Shown here: one piece after another, positions 8,550 to 18,283 of the stretch
How positions within the stretch are numbered: position 1 is the stretch's first letter
How the letters are laid out: every line of letters begins with the position of its first letter
Assembly (NCBI GenBank): GCA_964464605.1
Contig: CAYXJN010000007.1
Location: 124,001-188,000 of the forward strand
DNA from: an uncultured Ignavibacteriales bacterium
Lineage (GTDB): Bacteria; Zixibacteria; MSB-5A5; GN15; FEB-12
Length of the DNA: 64,000 bases
Direction of reading: 5' to 3'
Notes under the pieces: model-generated
What the model was told of the DNA's origin: nothing
The model's input: the letters and a program-made list of their open reading frames with translations, nothing else
Database searches by the model: none
Made by a program: the position numbers and the translations under genes

Positions 8550-9906
8550 TTTTTAATCCGGCGACCGCTGTTTTAAACACACGGCCGCGATGTTCAAAGT
8601 TTTCAAACATATCGAAACTGGCACACCCAGGAGACAACAACACAGTCTCTCCCGGATGCGCGAGTGAAAATCCGAGCTGTACTGCTTCTTCAAGTGTTCC
8701 GGCGAACTGCACCGGGAAAAGTGTGCCGAGCTGGTTGGAAATAATCTGCTTCGCTTCACCGATGGCGATTATCCCTTTAATCTTCCCCTTACCTGCTTCG
8801 GCAATCGGTTTGTACGGCGCGCCTTTGTCCCGCCCACCCGCGATGAGATAAAGCGGTGTATCGATTGATTTCAGTGCGTAGAAAACGGAATCGACATTGG
8901 TCGCTTTGGAATCATTGATGAATGTAATCCCCGCAACCCGCGCGACAAATTCAAGGCGATGTTCCACCCCCGGGAAAGACGCAAGTGTTTTGGCAATCAC
9001 ATCGACACTAATTCCAACCATACCGGCGATAGCGGCGGCGGCAGAGGCATTCTGTAAATTGTGCGGACCGGGAATGCGAATTTCTTTCCGGTTGATAATC
9101 CGCTGCGTTGCACCGTTGATTCTCGCGTAAAGATCATCATTTTGCACATAGGCCAGACAGGTCGGGTCGGCCAACACGGTGAAGAATTGTTTTTCACCTC
9201 TGGTCGGTATATCGCTGGCAATCGTACCGGAATCATCTTTGTTGAGTAACAGCATATCGGTCGGACGCATATTTTCGGCGATCCGATATTTCGCACGACG
9301 ATACGGTTCAAACGTGCCGTAGCGATCCAAATGATCCGGCGTGATATTGAGAATGACGCCAATATCGGGACGAAACTCTGAAATCTGCTCTAATTGCGCA
9401 CTGGAAACTTCAAGTACGACCATGCTGCTGGAGGTCGCGCGATTGGCAACTTCAGCGAAAGGCAGTCCGATATTCCCGCAGACAAACGTATCCCGTCCGG
9501 CCGCTTTGCAGAGTTCACCAACCAATGTCGTGGTTGTCGTTTTTCCATTCGATCCGGTAAGCGCGATGATTTTTCCTTTACAGACCCACGAGGCAAACTC
9601 GATTTCCGAAAAAATCGGCACACCTTTTTCCACCGCTTTTTTGAGCATCGGAATGGTCGGCGGTACGCCGGGAGAAACGATTAAGTAATCCGATGCCAGC
9701 AGTTCATCGGTATGTCCACCGACTTCATACGGAATATTCTGTGCGGTAAGCGTTGCTATCGGGTCGGTCAGTTTACCGGCCGGTGCAGAATCCGACACGA
9801 ATGGTTTCCCATTGAATGCTTTCGCCAGCACTGCCGCGGCCACACCGGAGCGAGCCATACCGATAATGCCGATCTTGCGGCCCTGTATACGTTCCTGCGT
9901 GGTCAT
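8512..9906 (-). CDS. murD: UDP-MurNAc-L-Ala--D-glutamate ligase
   Basis: GMARSG, SPGVP, TGSNGKTTT, NDSKATN, LLSPGCASFD. ATG at 9906 overlaps the mraY stop. Confidence 0.98.
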   Translation of the reverse strand: MTTQERIQGRKIGIIGMARSGVAAAVLAKAFNGKPFVSDSAPAGKLTDPIATLTAQNIPYEVGGHTDELLASDYLIVSPGVPPTIPMLKKAVEKGVPIFSEIEFASWVCKGKIIALTGSNGKTTTTTLVGELCKAAGRDTFVCGNIGLPFAEVANRATSSSMVVLEVSSAQLEQISEFRPDIGVILNITPDHLDRYGTFEPYRRAKYRIAENMRPTDMLLLNKDDSGTIASDIPTRGEKQFFTVLADPTCLAYVQNDDLYARINGATQRIINRKEIRIPGPHNLQNASAAAAIAGMVGISVDVIAKTLASFPGVEHRLEFVARVAGITFINDSKATNVDSVFYALKSIDTPLYLIAGGRDKGAPYKPIAEAGKGKIKGIIAIGEAKQIISNQLGTLFPVQFAGTLEEAVQLGFSLAHPGETVLLSPGCASFDMFENFEHRGRVFKTAVAGLKNGNATHTTVTHR

Positions 9907-10991
9907 CGCACCTTCAGTGTGGCTAAGGTTAACAGCGCGCAAAGCACGCCGAGAATCCAGAAACGAACGACAACTTTTGATTCCGCCCATCCGGAAAGTT
10001 CAAAGTGATGGTGCAGCGGCGCCATCTTAAAAACTCGTTTTTGTCCGCGATAGCGATACGAAAGAATCTGAATGATGACCGAAAGCGCTTCGATAACGAA
10101 AACCCCGCCGACAATCACCAGCAATAATTCTTTTTTTAAGAGAATAGCGATAGCGCCAAGCGCACCGCCTAATGAGAGTGAGCCGGTATCACCCATAAAC
10201 ACTTCTGCTGGGTGCGTGTTGAACCATAAGAATCCGATTGCCGCCCCCAATGCTGCGCCGCAGAAAACGGACAACTCACCGGTACCGGGCAGATAATCTA
10301 TTTGCAAGTAGCTCGAAAAGTCGACACGACCGGATACATAGGCGATACTGCCGAAAGTCAAAAACGCGAGCGCACATAAACCGATAGCGAGACCATCAAG
10401 CCCATCAGTTAAGTTGACAGCGTTCGAAGAACTCGTCAGCACCATCGTTATCCACGGGATATACATGACACTAAGTACCAGTACATAGTTTTTGAAGAAG
10501 GGAATGTTGGTGGAACCATCATAAACGCTATCCGGACCCCAGAACACCAAAAGTGAACCGAACAACAGGCCGATTATGATTTGGCCGATAAGTTTTTTTC
10601 GAGCGATTAATCCCTTCTTTTGTTTTTTCACCGCTTTCAGATAGTCATCCATAAACCCAATCAGCGCGAGACAGGAGGTAACGAGCATGACCAACAGCAC
10701 ATAGAAATTGGTCAAATCAGCCCACAATAATGTAGGAATCATGATTCCGGCAAAGATAATCAATCCGCCCATCGTCGGTGTTCCGGCTTTCGCCTGATGA
10801 CTCTGCGGACCTTCGGTGCGAATCGTTTCTTTCAACTGATGTTTCTTCAAAAGCCGGATAAAGAACGGCCCGAGGAGCATACAAATGATAATCGCCGTCA
10901 CCGTCGCACCGGCAGTGCGGAAGGTGATATACTTGAACAGGTTGAACCCGGAGATTGTCGATGAAAGTGGATACAGTAGATGATACAACAT
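9903..10991 (-). CDS. mraY: Phospho-N-acetylmuramoyl-pentapeptide transferase
   Basis: TPTMGG, NAVNLTDGLDGL, FMGDTGS, MAPLHHHFE. Confidence 0.99.
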   Translation of the reverse strand: MLYHLLYPLSSTISGFNLFKYITFRTAGATVTAIIICMLLGPFFIRLLKKHQLKETIRTEGPQSHQAKAGTPTMGGLIIFAGIMIPTLLWADLTNFYVLLVMLVTSCLALIGFMDDYLKAVKKQKKGLIARKKLIGQIIIGLLFGSLLVFWGPDSVYDGSTNIPFFKNYVLVLSVMYIPWITMVLTSSSNAVNLTDGLDGLAIGLCALAFLTFGSIAYVSGRVDFSSYLQIDYLPGTGELSVFCGAALGAAIGFLWFNTHPAEVFMGDTGSLSLGGALGAIAILLKKELLLVIVGGVFVIEALSVIIQILSYRYRGQKRVFKMAPLHHHFELSGWAESKVVVRFWILGVLCALLTLATLKVR

Positions 10992-12376
10992 TACTGTTTC
11001 CCTCCAGCTTCGAATGCTTTCAACACTGCTTCAAGACCGATACCGCGTGATGCTTTCAAATAAGCGACATCATCAGCCTGCAAAAACTGTTTCATCGCTG
11101 CGGCGCAGGAAACGGCATCCGCGAAAAACTGAACTTTCTGTTTGCTCAATCCGGCTTCGATTGCGCTTTCCCCCATCTTACGAGAGAGCGGCCCGACAAA
11201 AATTGCCGCATCGCAGACAAATGAACCGAGTGAAGCGCCGATTTCCCGGTGCAATTCTGCTTCTTCTTCACCGAGCTCGAGCATATCGCCGATTATCAGT
11301 ATTTTTCGGTCGGTAGTTTTAACGACAGAAAATGCTTCCAACCCTGCTTTCAGTGATTGCGGATTGGAGTTGTAGCAGTCGGCGATAAACGTAATACCGC
11401 CCACATAAATCGACTGGCCACGCATCGGCGCAGTACTGAATTGAATACTCTTGGTATCAACACCATTAAAACTGTAGCCGAGCGTTTTAGCGACCGCATA
11501 CGCCGTCAATAAATTGTAAGCATAGTGACGACCCAGGAGCGGAACATGGAACTGACTTCCTTCAATGACGATCAGGCTGGAACCATCGCTTTGAATCTCG
11601 TACGAATCTGGGTGAATCGTCGCTTCTTTTGAAAACCCAAACGTTACTGGATTTGAACGATACGTTTTGACATGACGCATCAACACCGGGTCATCCGCAT
11701 TCACAATCACCGGCACATTCGGCGCAGCCAGCCGCACCATTTCCAGTTTTTCTTTTGCGACGCCATCGACCGAACCGAGATATTCCAGATGAGACGCGGC
11801 AACATTGGTAACGACCGCGATATCCGGCGCGACGATTTGCGTTAACCGGGTCATCTCCCCCGGTTTGGAGATTCCCATTTCCATCACCGCTACTTTGGCG
11901 GTTTCCGGAATGGTGAAAATACTCAGCGGCATACCGAACAGATTGTTCAGATTTCCTTTGGAATGAAACACGTTAGAATCCACTGCGCTGAGGAGTTGCG
12001 CGGTGAACTCTTTAGTCGTGGTTTTTCCATTGGAACCGGTTATGCCGACAAATTTTGCGGTAAGCTGATCACGATACTTTCGCGCGAGCCGCATCATCGC
12101 TTCATGCGAATTTTCAACACCGACAATCGGTGCTTTCAGCGATAATGAAGAAATTGCCTGACGTTCCGCCAGTATACCGGCTGCACCGCCGTTGATCGCC
12201 TGAGCGATATAGGCGTGGCCATCGACCCGTTCACCGCGAATAGCGATAAACAGGTTTCCTTTTTGTACCGAACGGCTGTCAATAGTTACGCCGGTGAACA
12301 TCGCTGCGGAATGTGCGGGGTTGAAAAGCGTTCCGCCGGTCATTTGAGCAAGCGTATCAAAGCGCATCGTTATCAA
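10991..12376 (-). CDS. murF: UDP-MurNAc-tripeptide--D-Ala-D-Ala ligase
   Basis: IDSR, GITGSNGKTTTKE, DCYNSNP, GDMLELG, KASRG. Confidence 0.97.
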   Translation of the reverse strand: MITMRFDTLAQMTGGTLFNPAHSAAMFTGVTIDSRSVQKGNLFIAIRGERVDGHAYIAQAINGGAAGILAERQAISSLSLKAPIVGVENSHEAMMRLARKYRDQLTAKFVGITGSNGKTTTKEFTAQLLSAVDSNVFHSKGNLNNLFGMPLSIFTIPETAKVAVMEMGISKPGEMTRLTQIVAPDIAVVTNVAASHLEYLGSVDGVAKEKLEMVRLAAPNVPVIVNADDPVLMRHVKTYRSNPVTFGFSKEATIHPDSYEIQSDGSSLIVIEGSQFHVPLLGRHYAYNLLTAYAVAKTLGYSFNGVDTKSIQFSTAPMRGQSIYVGGITFIADCYNSNPQSLKAGLEAFSVVKTTDRKILIIGDMLELGEEEAELHREIGASLGSFVCDAAIFVGPLSRKMGESAIEAGLSKQKVQFFADAVSCAAAMKQFLQADDVAYLKASRGIGLEAVLKAFEAGGKQ

Positions 12377-13851
12377 CGCTCCTCCTGCACGGCTGTATAT
12401 CCAAGTTCTTCAAGCACCGCGAATGCTTCGCCGCGGTCACTGAACGGATGTTTGACATGATGGATTTCCTGATAATCTTCCGCACCTTTACCGGCCAAGA
12501 GAACAGTGTCTCCCGGTTTAGCCATGCTGATGATGGTGTGGATAGCTGCTTTGCGATCAGGAATAATCGTGTAGGCGCTTCCCTTGAGACCCGGTTTGAT
12601 TTCTTCGATGATGGCAAGCGGGTCTTCGGTACGCGGATTATCGGAAGTAACAATTGCAAAATCTGCATTTGTTGTAGCAACTTCACCCATGAGCGGGCGT
12701 TTCCCCCGGTCACGATCACCGCCGCATCCGAACAACAACAACAAGCGACCGGTAGACAATTCACGAACGGTCTGGCATAAGCGCATGATCGCATCCGGCG
12801 TATGGGCATAGTCGATATAAATACCGAATGGCTGTCCTGCCTGCGCAGTGTTCAACCGTCCCGGGACAGGGCGCGCTGATTCAAGACCGATAACAACATG
12901 CTCCAAATCGACACCGGCAGCTAACCCACCGGCGGCAGCGGCAACGGCATTTTGCAGATTGAACCGACCGGGCAATTGAAACACAACAGTCTTAGTTCCC
13001 ATCGGTGTTACCAGATCAAAAACCGTGCGATCCTGCTTTAGCTCGAATGATGAGCAGAAAACATCGGCATGATCATCACTAAGTGAATAGCTCATGTATG
13101 CAGAGTTGAGTTCACCGAAAAAGCGGCGGAACTCAGGAACATCCAGGTTGATAACCGCGTATGACCATTCTCCATCAAGTTTTTTCAGCAACATCGCTTT
13201 GGCGTCGAGGTATGCCTCCATCGTCTTATGAAAATCGAGATGGTCGCGCGTAAAATTGGTAAAGACGGCTACTCGGAAATTGATATTATCAACACGATGG
13301 AGCACCAATGCGTGCGATGAAACTTCGATAACCGCGTTCACACAGAGATTTCGCTTCATTAAGTAAAGCAAACGCTGCACATCGAGTGATTCCGGCGTGG
13401 TACGCTCTGCTTTAAATGTTTCACCGCCGGTGTCATATACGGTGCTGGTGATCAATCCGGTTTTTTTGTTGCGCGCTTCGAGCATCCGTCGAATCAGATG
13501 ACTCGTTGTTGTTTTTCCATTCGTACCGGTAACACCGATTGCTTTAAGCTGTGTACCGGGGTAATCGTAAAAATGCGCGGCGACATCCGCCATCGCTTTG
13601 CGCGCATTTGGAACGGAGACATGCGTGTCGATTTTGTCGAACGATTTCCGCTCACCCATCACCGCAATCGCGCCGTTCTTTTTGGCGTCCTCAACGAAAT
13701 CGTAGCCATCTTTCGCAAACCCGGTAATCGCCATAAACAGCGTATTCGGCCGCACCGCACGGGAGTCATATTCGAGATGCTCGATTTCGAGTTCTGGATT
13801 TCCCTGTATAACTGCTTCCGGTATGGCGCTCATTAATGCTTCCAATTTCAC
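12373..13851 (-). CDS. murE: UDP-MurNAc-dipeptide--meso-diaminopimelate ligase
   Basis: GTNGKTT, EVSSH, DYAHTPD, GCGGDRD. The DNPR motif indicates meso-DAP specificity. Confidence 0.98.
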   Translation of the reverse strand: MKLEALMSAIPEAVIQGNPELEIEHLEYDSRAVRPNTLFMAITGFAKDGYDFVEDAKKNGAIAVMGERKSFDKIDTHVSVPNARKAMADVAAHFYDYPGTQLKAIGVTGTNGKTTTSHLIRRMLEARNKKTGLITSTVYDTGGETFKAERTTPESLDVQRLLYLMKRNLCVNAVIEVSSHALVLHRVDNINFRVAVFTNFTRDHLDFHKTMEAYLDAKAMLLKKLDGEWSYAVINLDVPEFRRFFGELNSAYMSYSLSDDHADVFCSSFELKQDRTVFDLVTPMGTKTVVFQLPGRFNLQNAVAAAAGGLAAGVDLEHVVIGLESARPVPGRLNTAQAGQPFGIYIDYAHTPDAIMRLCQTVRELSTGRLLLLFGCGGDRDRGKRPLMGEVATTNADFAIVTSDNPRTEDPLAIIEEIKPGLKGSAYTIIPDRKAAIHTIISMAKPGDTVLLAGKGAEDYQEIHHVKHPFSDRGEAFAVLEELGYTAVQEER

Positions 13852-15941
13852 AGCGAATCCTTTGGCGGGGTGCAGTCGAGTTTGCAGATCGATGCGGTTG
13901 ACAACAGTTCACCGGGCGCGATCGATTGCGAGTAAATGCGCCCGGAACCGGTAACAGAAAATTCAACGCCGACATGCGCAAGATAAGCGGCTGCCTCTTT
14001 GACCGTGCGGCCGGTTAGATCAGCCATGGTGTACATGCCGTTCGTTTGCGACGTATTCGCGACGGCAATAATGTTACCACTGGTTAACGGACGGGTTCCC
14101 GCCGGTGGATACTGCCATTCGACAATTCCGTTTGAATCACCCATCGTGAGTTCAACATTGGCGAACTTGGCAACCGAATGTGCATAGGTCGCCTGACGTC
14201 CCACAAAATCCGGAAGTGCTTTGGCAAACGGATCATTCAGCGCAGGATGCAAAGATTTTTCAGGCACAATAAAGCGCTGCGGTTCAAGTACGGCATAGCG
14301 CTCCGCGATACGACGAAACGCCGGACCGGAAGTCCAGCCGCCATAGTGCATCGGTTCCGGCTGTTCGATAACGACAATACCGGCAACTAACGGGCGATCG
14401 CTCGGGAAGAATCCGGCGAAGCTCGCATTGAATTTATGTTTTAAGTAACCGCGTCCGGTTGGATTCGGAATTTCAGCCGTTCCGGTTTTTCCGGCGATTA
14501 GCACCGTTGGCGAGTTGACTGAATCCTTCGCGGTACCGCGCTCAACTACGCCTCGCAAAAACGCTTTGAGACTATCGGCTGAAAGTTCTTTGAGTGCGGT
14601 CGTAACTGTTTCTGCGCTGCCAAACGGTTTGATCGAACCATCTGGTTCAACCAATCCACGAATCAAACGGGGACGCATCAAGTCACCGCCGTTCGCAATC
14701 GCCGCCATACTTGCGGCCATTTGCAATGGTGTGCAGGAAATCGCATGACCCATCGAAAGTGCGGCAGTCGTGCGTTCCGACCAGCGCTCAGGATGCGCGA
14801 TACTTCCCTTTGCTTCCGCCGGGAATCCGATATTGAATCGTTTACCGAAACCGAATTTCTTCGCCGTTTCGTATAAGCGATCACCGCCGAGTGCGAATGC
14901 TTTTTTACCGATACCGATGTTACTAGATAGCTCGATAACTTCGCGGAAAGTCAAAAAGCCGTGCTTCTTATCATCATGGAGCGGTTTGCCGCCAAGATAC
15001 CAGACACCGTTCTCGCAGAAAATCAGTTCATTGAAATCAACGAGGTTCGCATCAAGCAAACCGGCGGCAGTTACAGCTTTGAAAACAGAACCGGGTTCAA
15101 ATAAATCAGAGACCGGACGAAGTTTGGTCGGACGTTCCGGATATTTTTCACTGGGATCATAATGCGCGATTGCCAGAATATCGCCGGTGGCCGGATCAAG
15201 AAACACCGCGTTCGCTGATTTGGCATTGTGCGATTCGACCGAGCGGCGAAGCTCTTCTTCGACAATTTCCTGTAACCGCCAATCGATAGTTAAGAGCAAT
15301 CCTTTGCCGGGAGTCGGCTGGATTAACGCTTCCTCTTTTACTTTGAATGAATCCTGACGCCCATCTTTAAGAATATCAGCCCACCCACTCGTACCGCAGA
15401 GCATCGAATCATACTGCAATTCCAAACCGGACTGTCCCTGATTGTCGATATTGGTGAACCCGACAATCTGACGGCCGGTTATGCCGAACGGATATTCACG
15501 AATCTGTTCATCGCGCAGGAACAATCCTTTGGGGCGATCAGTATCGACATGCTCGGCTTGAACATCGGTAAGACGGCGGTCAATCCACCGGAAGCGGTTC
15601 AGTTCCAGTTTGTATTCTTTTTTGGCGGCGCCGCGTTTGAGCCCGAAGAGTTTTTCCACATACTGACAGGCTTCGGTGAGTTCCTCATCGGAACGGGCGT
15701 ATGCGTATAATGAATGGCCATACACCGTCTGCACGACCGGCAAACCGTTTCGGTCATAGATGTTCCCGCGTAACGCCGGGATTTCGACACGACCGCTCGA
15801 TTGCTTGCGCACGATTTCGCCGTATTGCTCACCCAAACTCAGCTGCATCTGGGCCAGTCGTGCCACCACGACCAAAAAGAAAACACAGACAAATACAAGA
15901 ATCGATCCAAGCCGAACTCGTTCCATCCGCGTACGGCTCAT
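13848..15941 (-). CDS. ftsI: Division transpeptidase FtsI/PBP3 with C-terminal PASTA-like domains
   Basis: RGNIYDRNG, EPGSVFK (SxxK), SSN (SxN), KTGT; PASTA-like tail. Confidence 0.95.
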   Translation of the reverse strand: MSRTRMERVRLGSILVFVCVFFLVVVARLAQMQLSLGEQYGEIVRKQSSGRVEIPALRGNIYDRNGLPVVQTVYGHSLYAYARSDEELTEACQYVEKLFGLKRGAAKKEYKLELNRFRWIDRRLTDVQAEHVDTDRPKGLFLRDEQIREYPFGITGRQIVGFTNIDNQGQSGLELQYDSMLCGTSGWADILKDGRQDSFKVKEEALIQPTPGKGLLLTIDWRLQEIVEEELRRSVESHNAKSANAVFLDPATGDILAIAHYDPSEKYPERPTKLRPVSDLFEPGSVFKAVTAAGLLDANLVDFNELIFCENGVWYLGGKPLHDDKKHGFLTFREVIELSSNIGIGKKAFALGGDRLYETAKKFGFGKRFNIGFPAEAKGSIAHPERWSERTTAALSMGHAISCTPLQMAASMAAIANGGDLMRPRLIRGLVEPDGSIKPFGSAETVTTALKELSADSLKAFLRGVVERGTAKDSVNSPTVLIAGKTGTAEIPNPTGRGYLKHKFNASFAGFFPSDRPLVAGIVVIEQPEPMHYGGWTSGPAFRRIAERYAVLEPQRFIVPEKSLHPALNDPFAKALPDFVGRQATYAHSVAKFANVELTMGDSNGIVEWQYPPAGTRPLTSGNIIAVANTSQTNGMYTMADLTGRTVKEAAAYLAHVGVEFSVTGSGRIYSQSIAPGELLSTASICKLDCTPPKDSL

Positions 15942-16447
15942 TTGATGCTCCCTGCTTCAAGCGCTTTGAGAGAATCCAAACGAAGCGTATCCAATCCGGA
16001 TGCAACTGCTTCAGCATCGTTTTCCACACCCGGTATACTTACCCACAACCGTTCGGCAGAACCGACAAGTTTCGCCCATTCCGTTTTGCGAGCCGTAGTG
16101 TCGCCGACGTTCGGCGGTATTAAGGCATAGAAACGATCAAGCGGAACCGGCATCATGCCGAGTGAATCCATGGCGTATTCGGTTACACGCGTCGGCGCGC
16201 TTAACTGCGCGATTTCAGAACGAAGTTTGCGGGAATCATCCAAGAGTTCCGTGCGCTGCTGTTCAAGCGTATCAACTTCTTTCACCAGCTCAAGCACCCG
16301 CACCCGCTGCCAGATGAGCAAACAGGCAATCGACAAAAGCAGCACAAACAGAAACGTCCCGACACTATAGCGACGCCAGCGGGATTTGGTTCCGGCGGAA
16401 GACTTAATCTCCACCGTTTCCTTGAACAGGCGAATGGTGTCTTTCAC
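15938..16447 (-). CDS. ftsL: Cell division protein FtsL-like
   Basis: TM segment, then coiled coil ending LSAPTRV...A...LGM; located between rsmH and ftsI. Confidence 0.8.
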   Translation of the reverse strand: MKDTIRLFKETVEIKSSAGTKSRWRRYSVGTFLFVLLLSIACLLIWQRVRVLELVKEVDTLEQQRTELLDDSRKLRSEIAQLSAPTRVTEYAMDSLGMMPVPLDRFYALIPPNVGDTTARKTEWAKLVGSAERLWVSIPGVENDAEAVASGLDTLRLDSLKALEAGSIK

Positions 16448-17391
16448 GATTCCACCCGTTCGATAACGCGGAGTTTAGCCGAGCGCGCACGGGAGTTCTG
16501 TGCGATCTCCTTTTCCGACGGTTCAATCACCCGCTTGAACGGCAGATTAAACTGCAAATGTTCGGTTTGTCCGTTGGGGCGGGTAACTTCGATTCCGGAT
16601 TTGGCAGCGTTTTGGAAATACCGCTTGATCAAGCGGTCTTCAAGCGAATGATACGAGATAACAGCCAGCCGTCCGCCGACACTAAGTGAAGCAGTCGCCT
16701 GCGGGAGGACAGAAGTTATTCTTTCGAGTTCTTGATTGACGACAATACGGAGCGCCTGAAACACTCGGGCGAGTGATTTGATTTTCTGTTTGGGATGAAC
16801 CGATCGCTCGACGATGTCGACGAGCTGACGGGTGTTCTGAATCATTGCGTTCCGTCGTTCCCTGACTATTTGAGTCGCTATTCGTTTCGCCTGACGCTCT
16901 TCACCATAGGTGAAAAAAAGCTCAGCCAGTTCCTTTTCCGTGGAGTGAGCCAGAATATCTGCGGCGGTTGGACGTTGGGATAGGGGATCAAACCGCATAT
17001 CGAGCGGTCCATCATCTCTGAACATAAATCCACGTTCAGGACGATCGAGTTGGAGGGATGAAAGTCCCAAATCAAGCAGGATCCCGTCTGCACTTACCTC
17101 TCCCAAGTCATGCATCCAGTTGCCTAACTCAACGTAGGATGCGGTCCGTATCTGTCGAATCTGCGGAAACGGTTTTAGTCGTTCCCGCGCTACTTGTGCT
17201 GCCTGTTCATCTATTTCCAGACCGTACACTCGCGCCTGTGCGCTAACGGCCTTGGCTATCGCTTCGGTATGTCCGCCTGTTCCGACTGTCAGGTCGAAAT
17301 AGACACCGTCGTTTCTGGTGATGAGATAAAACAGTATCTCATCCACCAGGACGGGCACATGGAGGCTACTGCTCCGGTATAGCTCCGTCAT
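16444..17391 (-). CDS. rsmH: 16S rRNA m4C1402 methyltransferase
   Basis: HVPVL, DLTVGTGGH, DLGLSSLQLD, PLDMR, ISYHSLEDR, RARSAKLR. Confidence 0.98.
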   Translation of the reverse strand: MTELYRSSSLHVPVLVDEILFYLITRNDGVYFDLTVGTGGHTEAIAKAVSAQARVYGLEIDEQAAQVARERLKPFPQIRQIRTASYVELGNWMHDLGEVSADGILLDLGLSSLQLDRPERGFMFRDDGPLDMRFDPLSQRPTAADILAHSTEKELAELFFTYGEERQAKRIATQIVRERRNAMIQNTRQLVDIVERSVHPKQKIKSLARVFQALRIVVNQELERITSVLPQATASLSVGGRLAVISYHSLEDRLIKRYFQNAAKSGIEVTRPNGQTEHLQFNLPFKRVIEPSEKEIAQNSRARSAKLRVIERVES

Positions 17392-17866
17392 CGCCGGAGA
17401 AAATCCGCTCCGCCACCTCTTCGTAACTGCCGGCGAACTGTTCGATGTAGTAGCTGTACCGCTCCGGATTCCAGATTTCGATGGAGCGATTCAGCCCGAT
17501 CACCAATACCTCTTTTTTCAGATGCGCTTCGGCAATGAGATGAGCAGGAATCAATATTCGGCCGGTTTTATCGCACGTGACCATGTTGGCCGATGCGTAA
17601 AAACGGCGACTGAAGTACCGGTAATTTTTCTTGGTGAAGCTGACCGATGAAAGCCGGTTTTGTATCTCAAGCCATTCGCTCTCCGGATACAAACTCAAAG
17701 AACCTTCCAGCCCTTTGGTAAGTACCAGATTTCCATCCAGCACAGAACGATTGTCCGTTCCCTTTACCGCGCGCAAACGAGCCGGTAGCGGGAAACGCCC
17801 TTTCGGGTCCATCGTCGTCGTGTATGTGCCTAAGAAACCAATCAACAAAAACCCACTTTCATCCAC
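17366..17866 (-). CDS. mraZ: Transcriptional regulator MraZ (true start probably TTG at 17845 or 17848)
   Basis: Two SpoVT/AbrB repeats, DPKGR and DKTGRILIP; first gene of the dcw cluster. Confidence 0.96.
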   Translation of the reverse strand: MDESGFLLIGFLGTYTTTMDPKGRFPLPARLRAVKGTDNRSVLDGNLVLTKGLEGSLSLYPESEWLEIQNRLSSVSFTKKNYRYFSRRFYASANMVTCDKTGRILIPAHLIAEAHLKKEVLVIGLNRSIEIWNPERYSYYIEQFAGSYEEVAERIFSGDDGAIPEQ

Positions 17867-17915
17867 TATTGTCCAAAAACTTGCCTAATTATCACTTTTC
17901 TTCCACCACCGTCAA
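17851..17915 (-). promoter_or_regulatory. dcw promoter with MraZ-binding repeats
   Basis: TTGACG-N16-GATAAT at 17915-17888. GTGG/TGG boxes in 10-bp register at 17853, 17863, 17873 and 17903. Confidence 0.7.
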
Positions 17916-18175
17916 GCAGTTTTTAAATTTGTTCTGAGGTTTTTTTGTCCGTGTAAGTGGAATTATTTCAAGGAATAACGAAGTCTTTGAAATTTATTTT
18001 TGGATAACCGAATGGAAAGAAATGAGGTCGACTGGAAATATTTTCTCTTGACTATTTTATAGAACTTAGATGAACGCTTGTTCAGTTATGTTATGGGACA
18101 AAATCTCTATCTGTAGGTTTTGCCCCTTATTTTTTCCGCTTTTTCTGATCCCCAACAGTGCCCGACTAAAATTTT

Positions 18176-18188
18176 TAAATCGTTGATT
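18176..18188. promoter_or_regulatory. IHF-binding site
   Basis: Minus strand AATCAACGATTTA matches WATCAANNNNTTR exactly, about 40 bp upstream of a sigma54 motif. Confidence 0.6.
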
Positions 18189-18227
18189 ATGAATAGCTTA
18201 TAAAAAATTTTCGCTGTCGCATTAATG

Positions 18228-18242
18228 TGGCCTTTGGCTTGC
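18228..18242 (+). promoter_or_regulatory. Sigma54 promoter of the C25 peptidase gene
   Basis: TGGCCTTTGGCTTGC matches TGGC-N7-TTGC; followed by SD AGGAGG and GTG at 18284. Confidence 0.65.
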
Positions 18243-18283
18243 CCTTTTTCTCGTGGCTTCAGGATGAAACAGGAGGAGAAGAG

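Noticed and set aside
17846..17866. N-terminal extension of MraZ from GTG 17866
   Set aside because: It overlaps the 10-bp-periodic MraZ operator boxes; a TTG start at 17845 or 17848 fits the usual MraZ N-terminus better.
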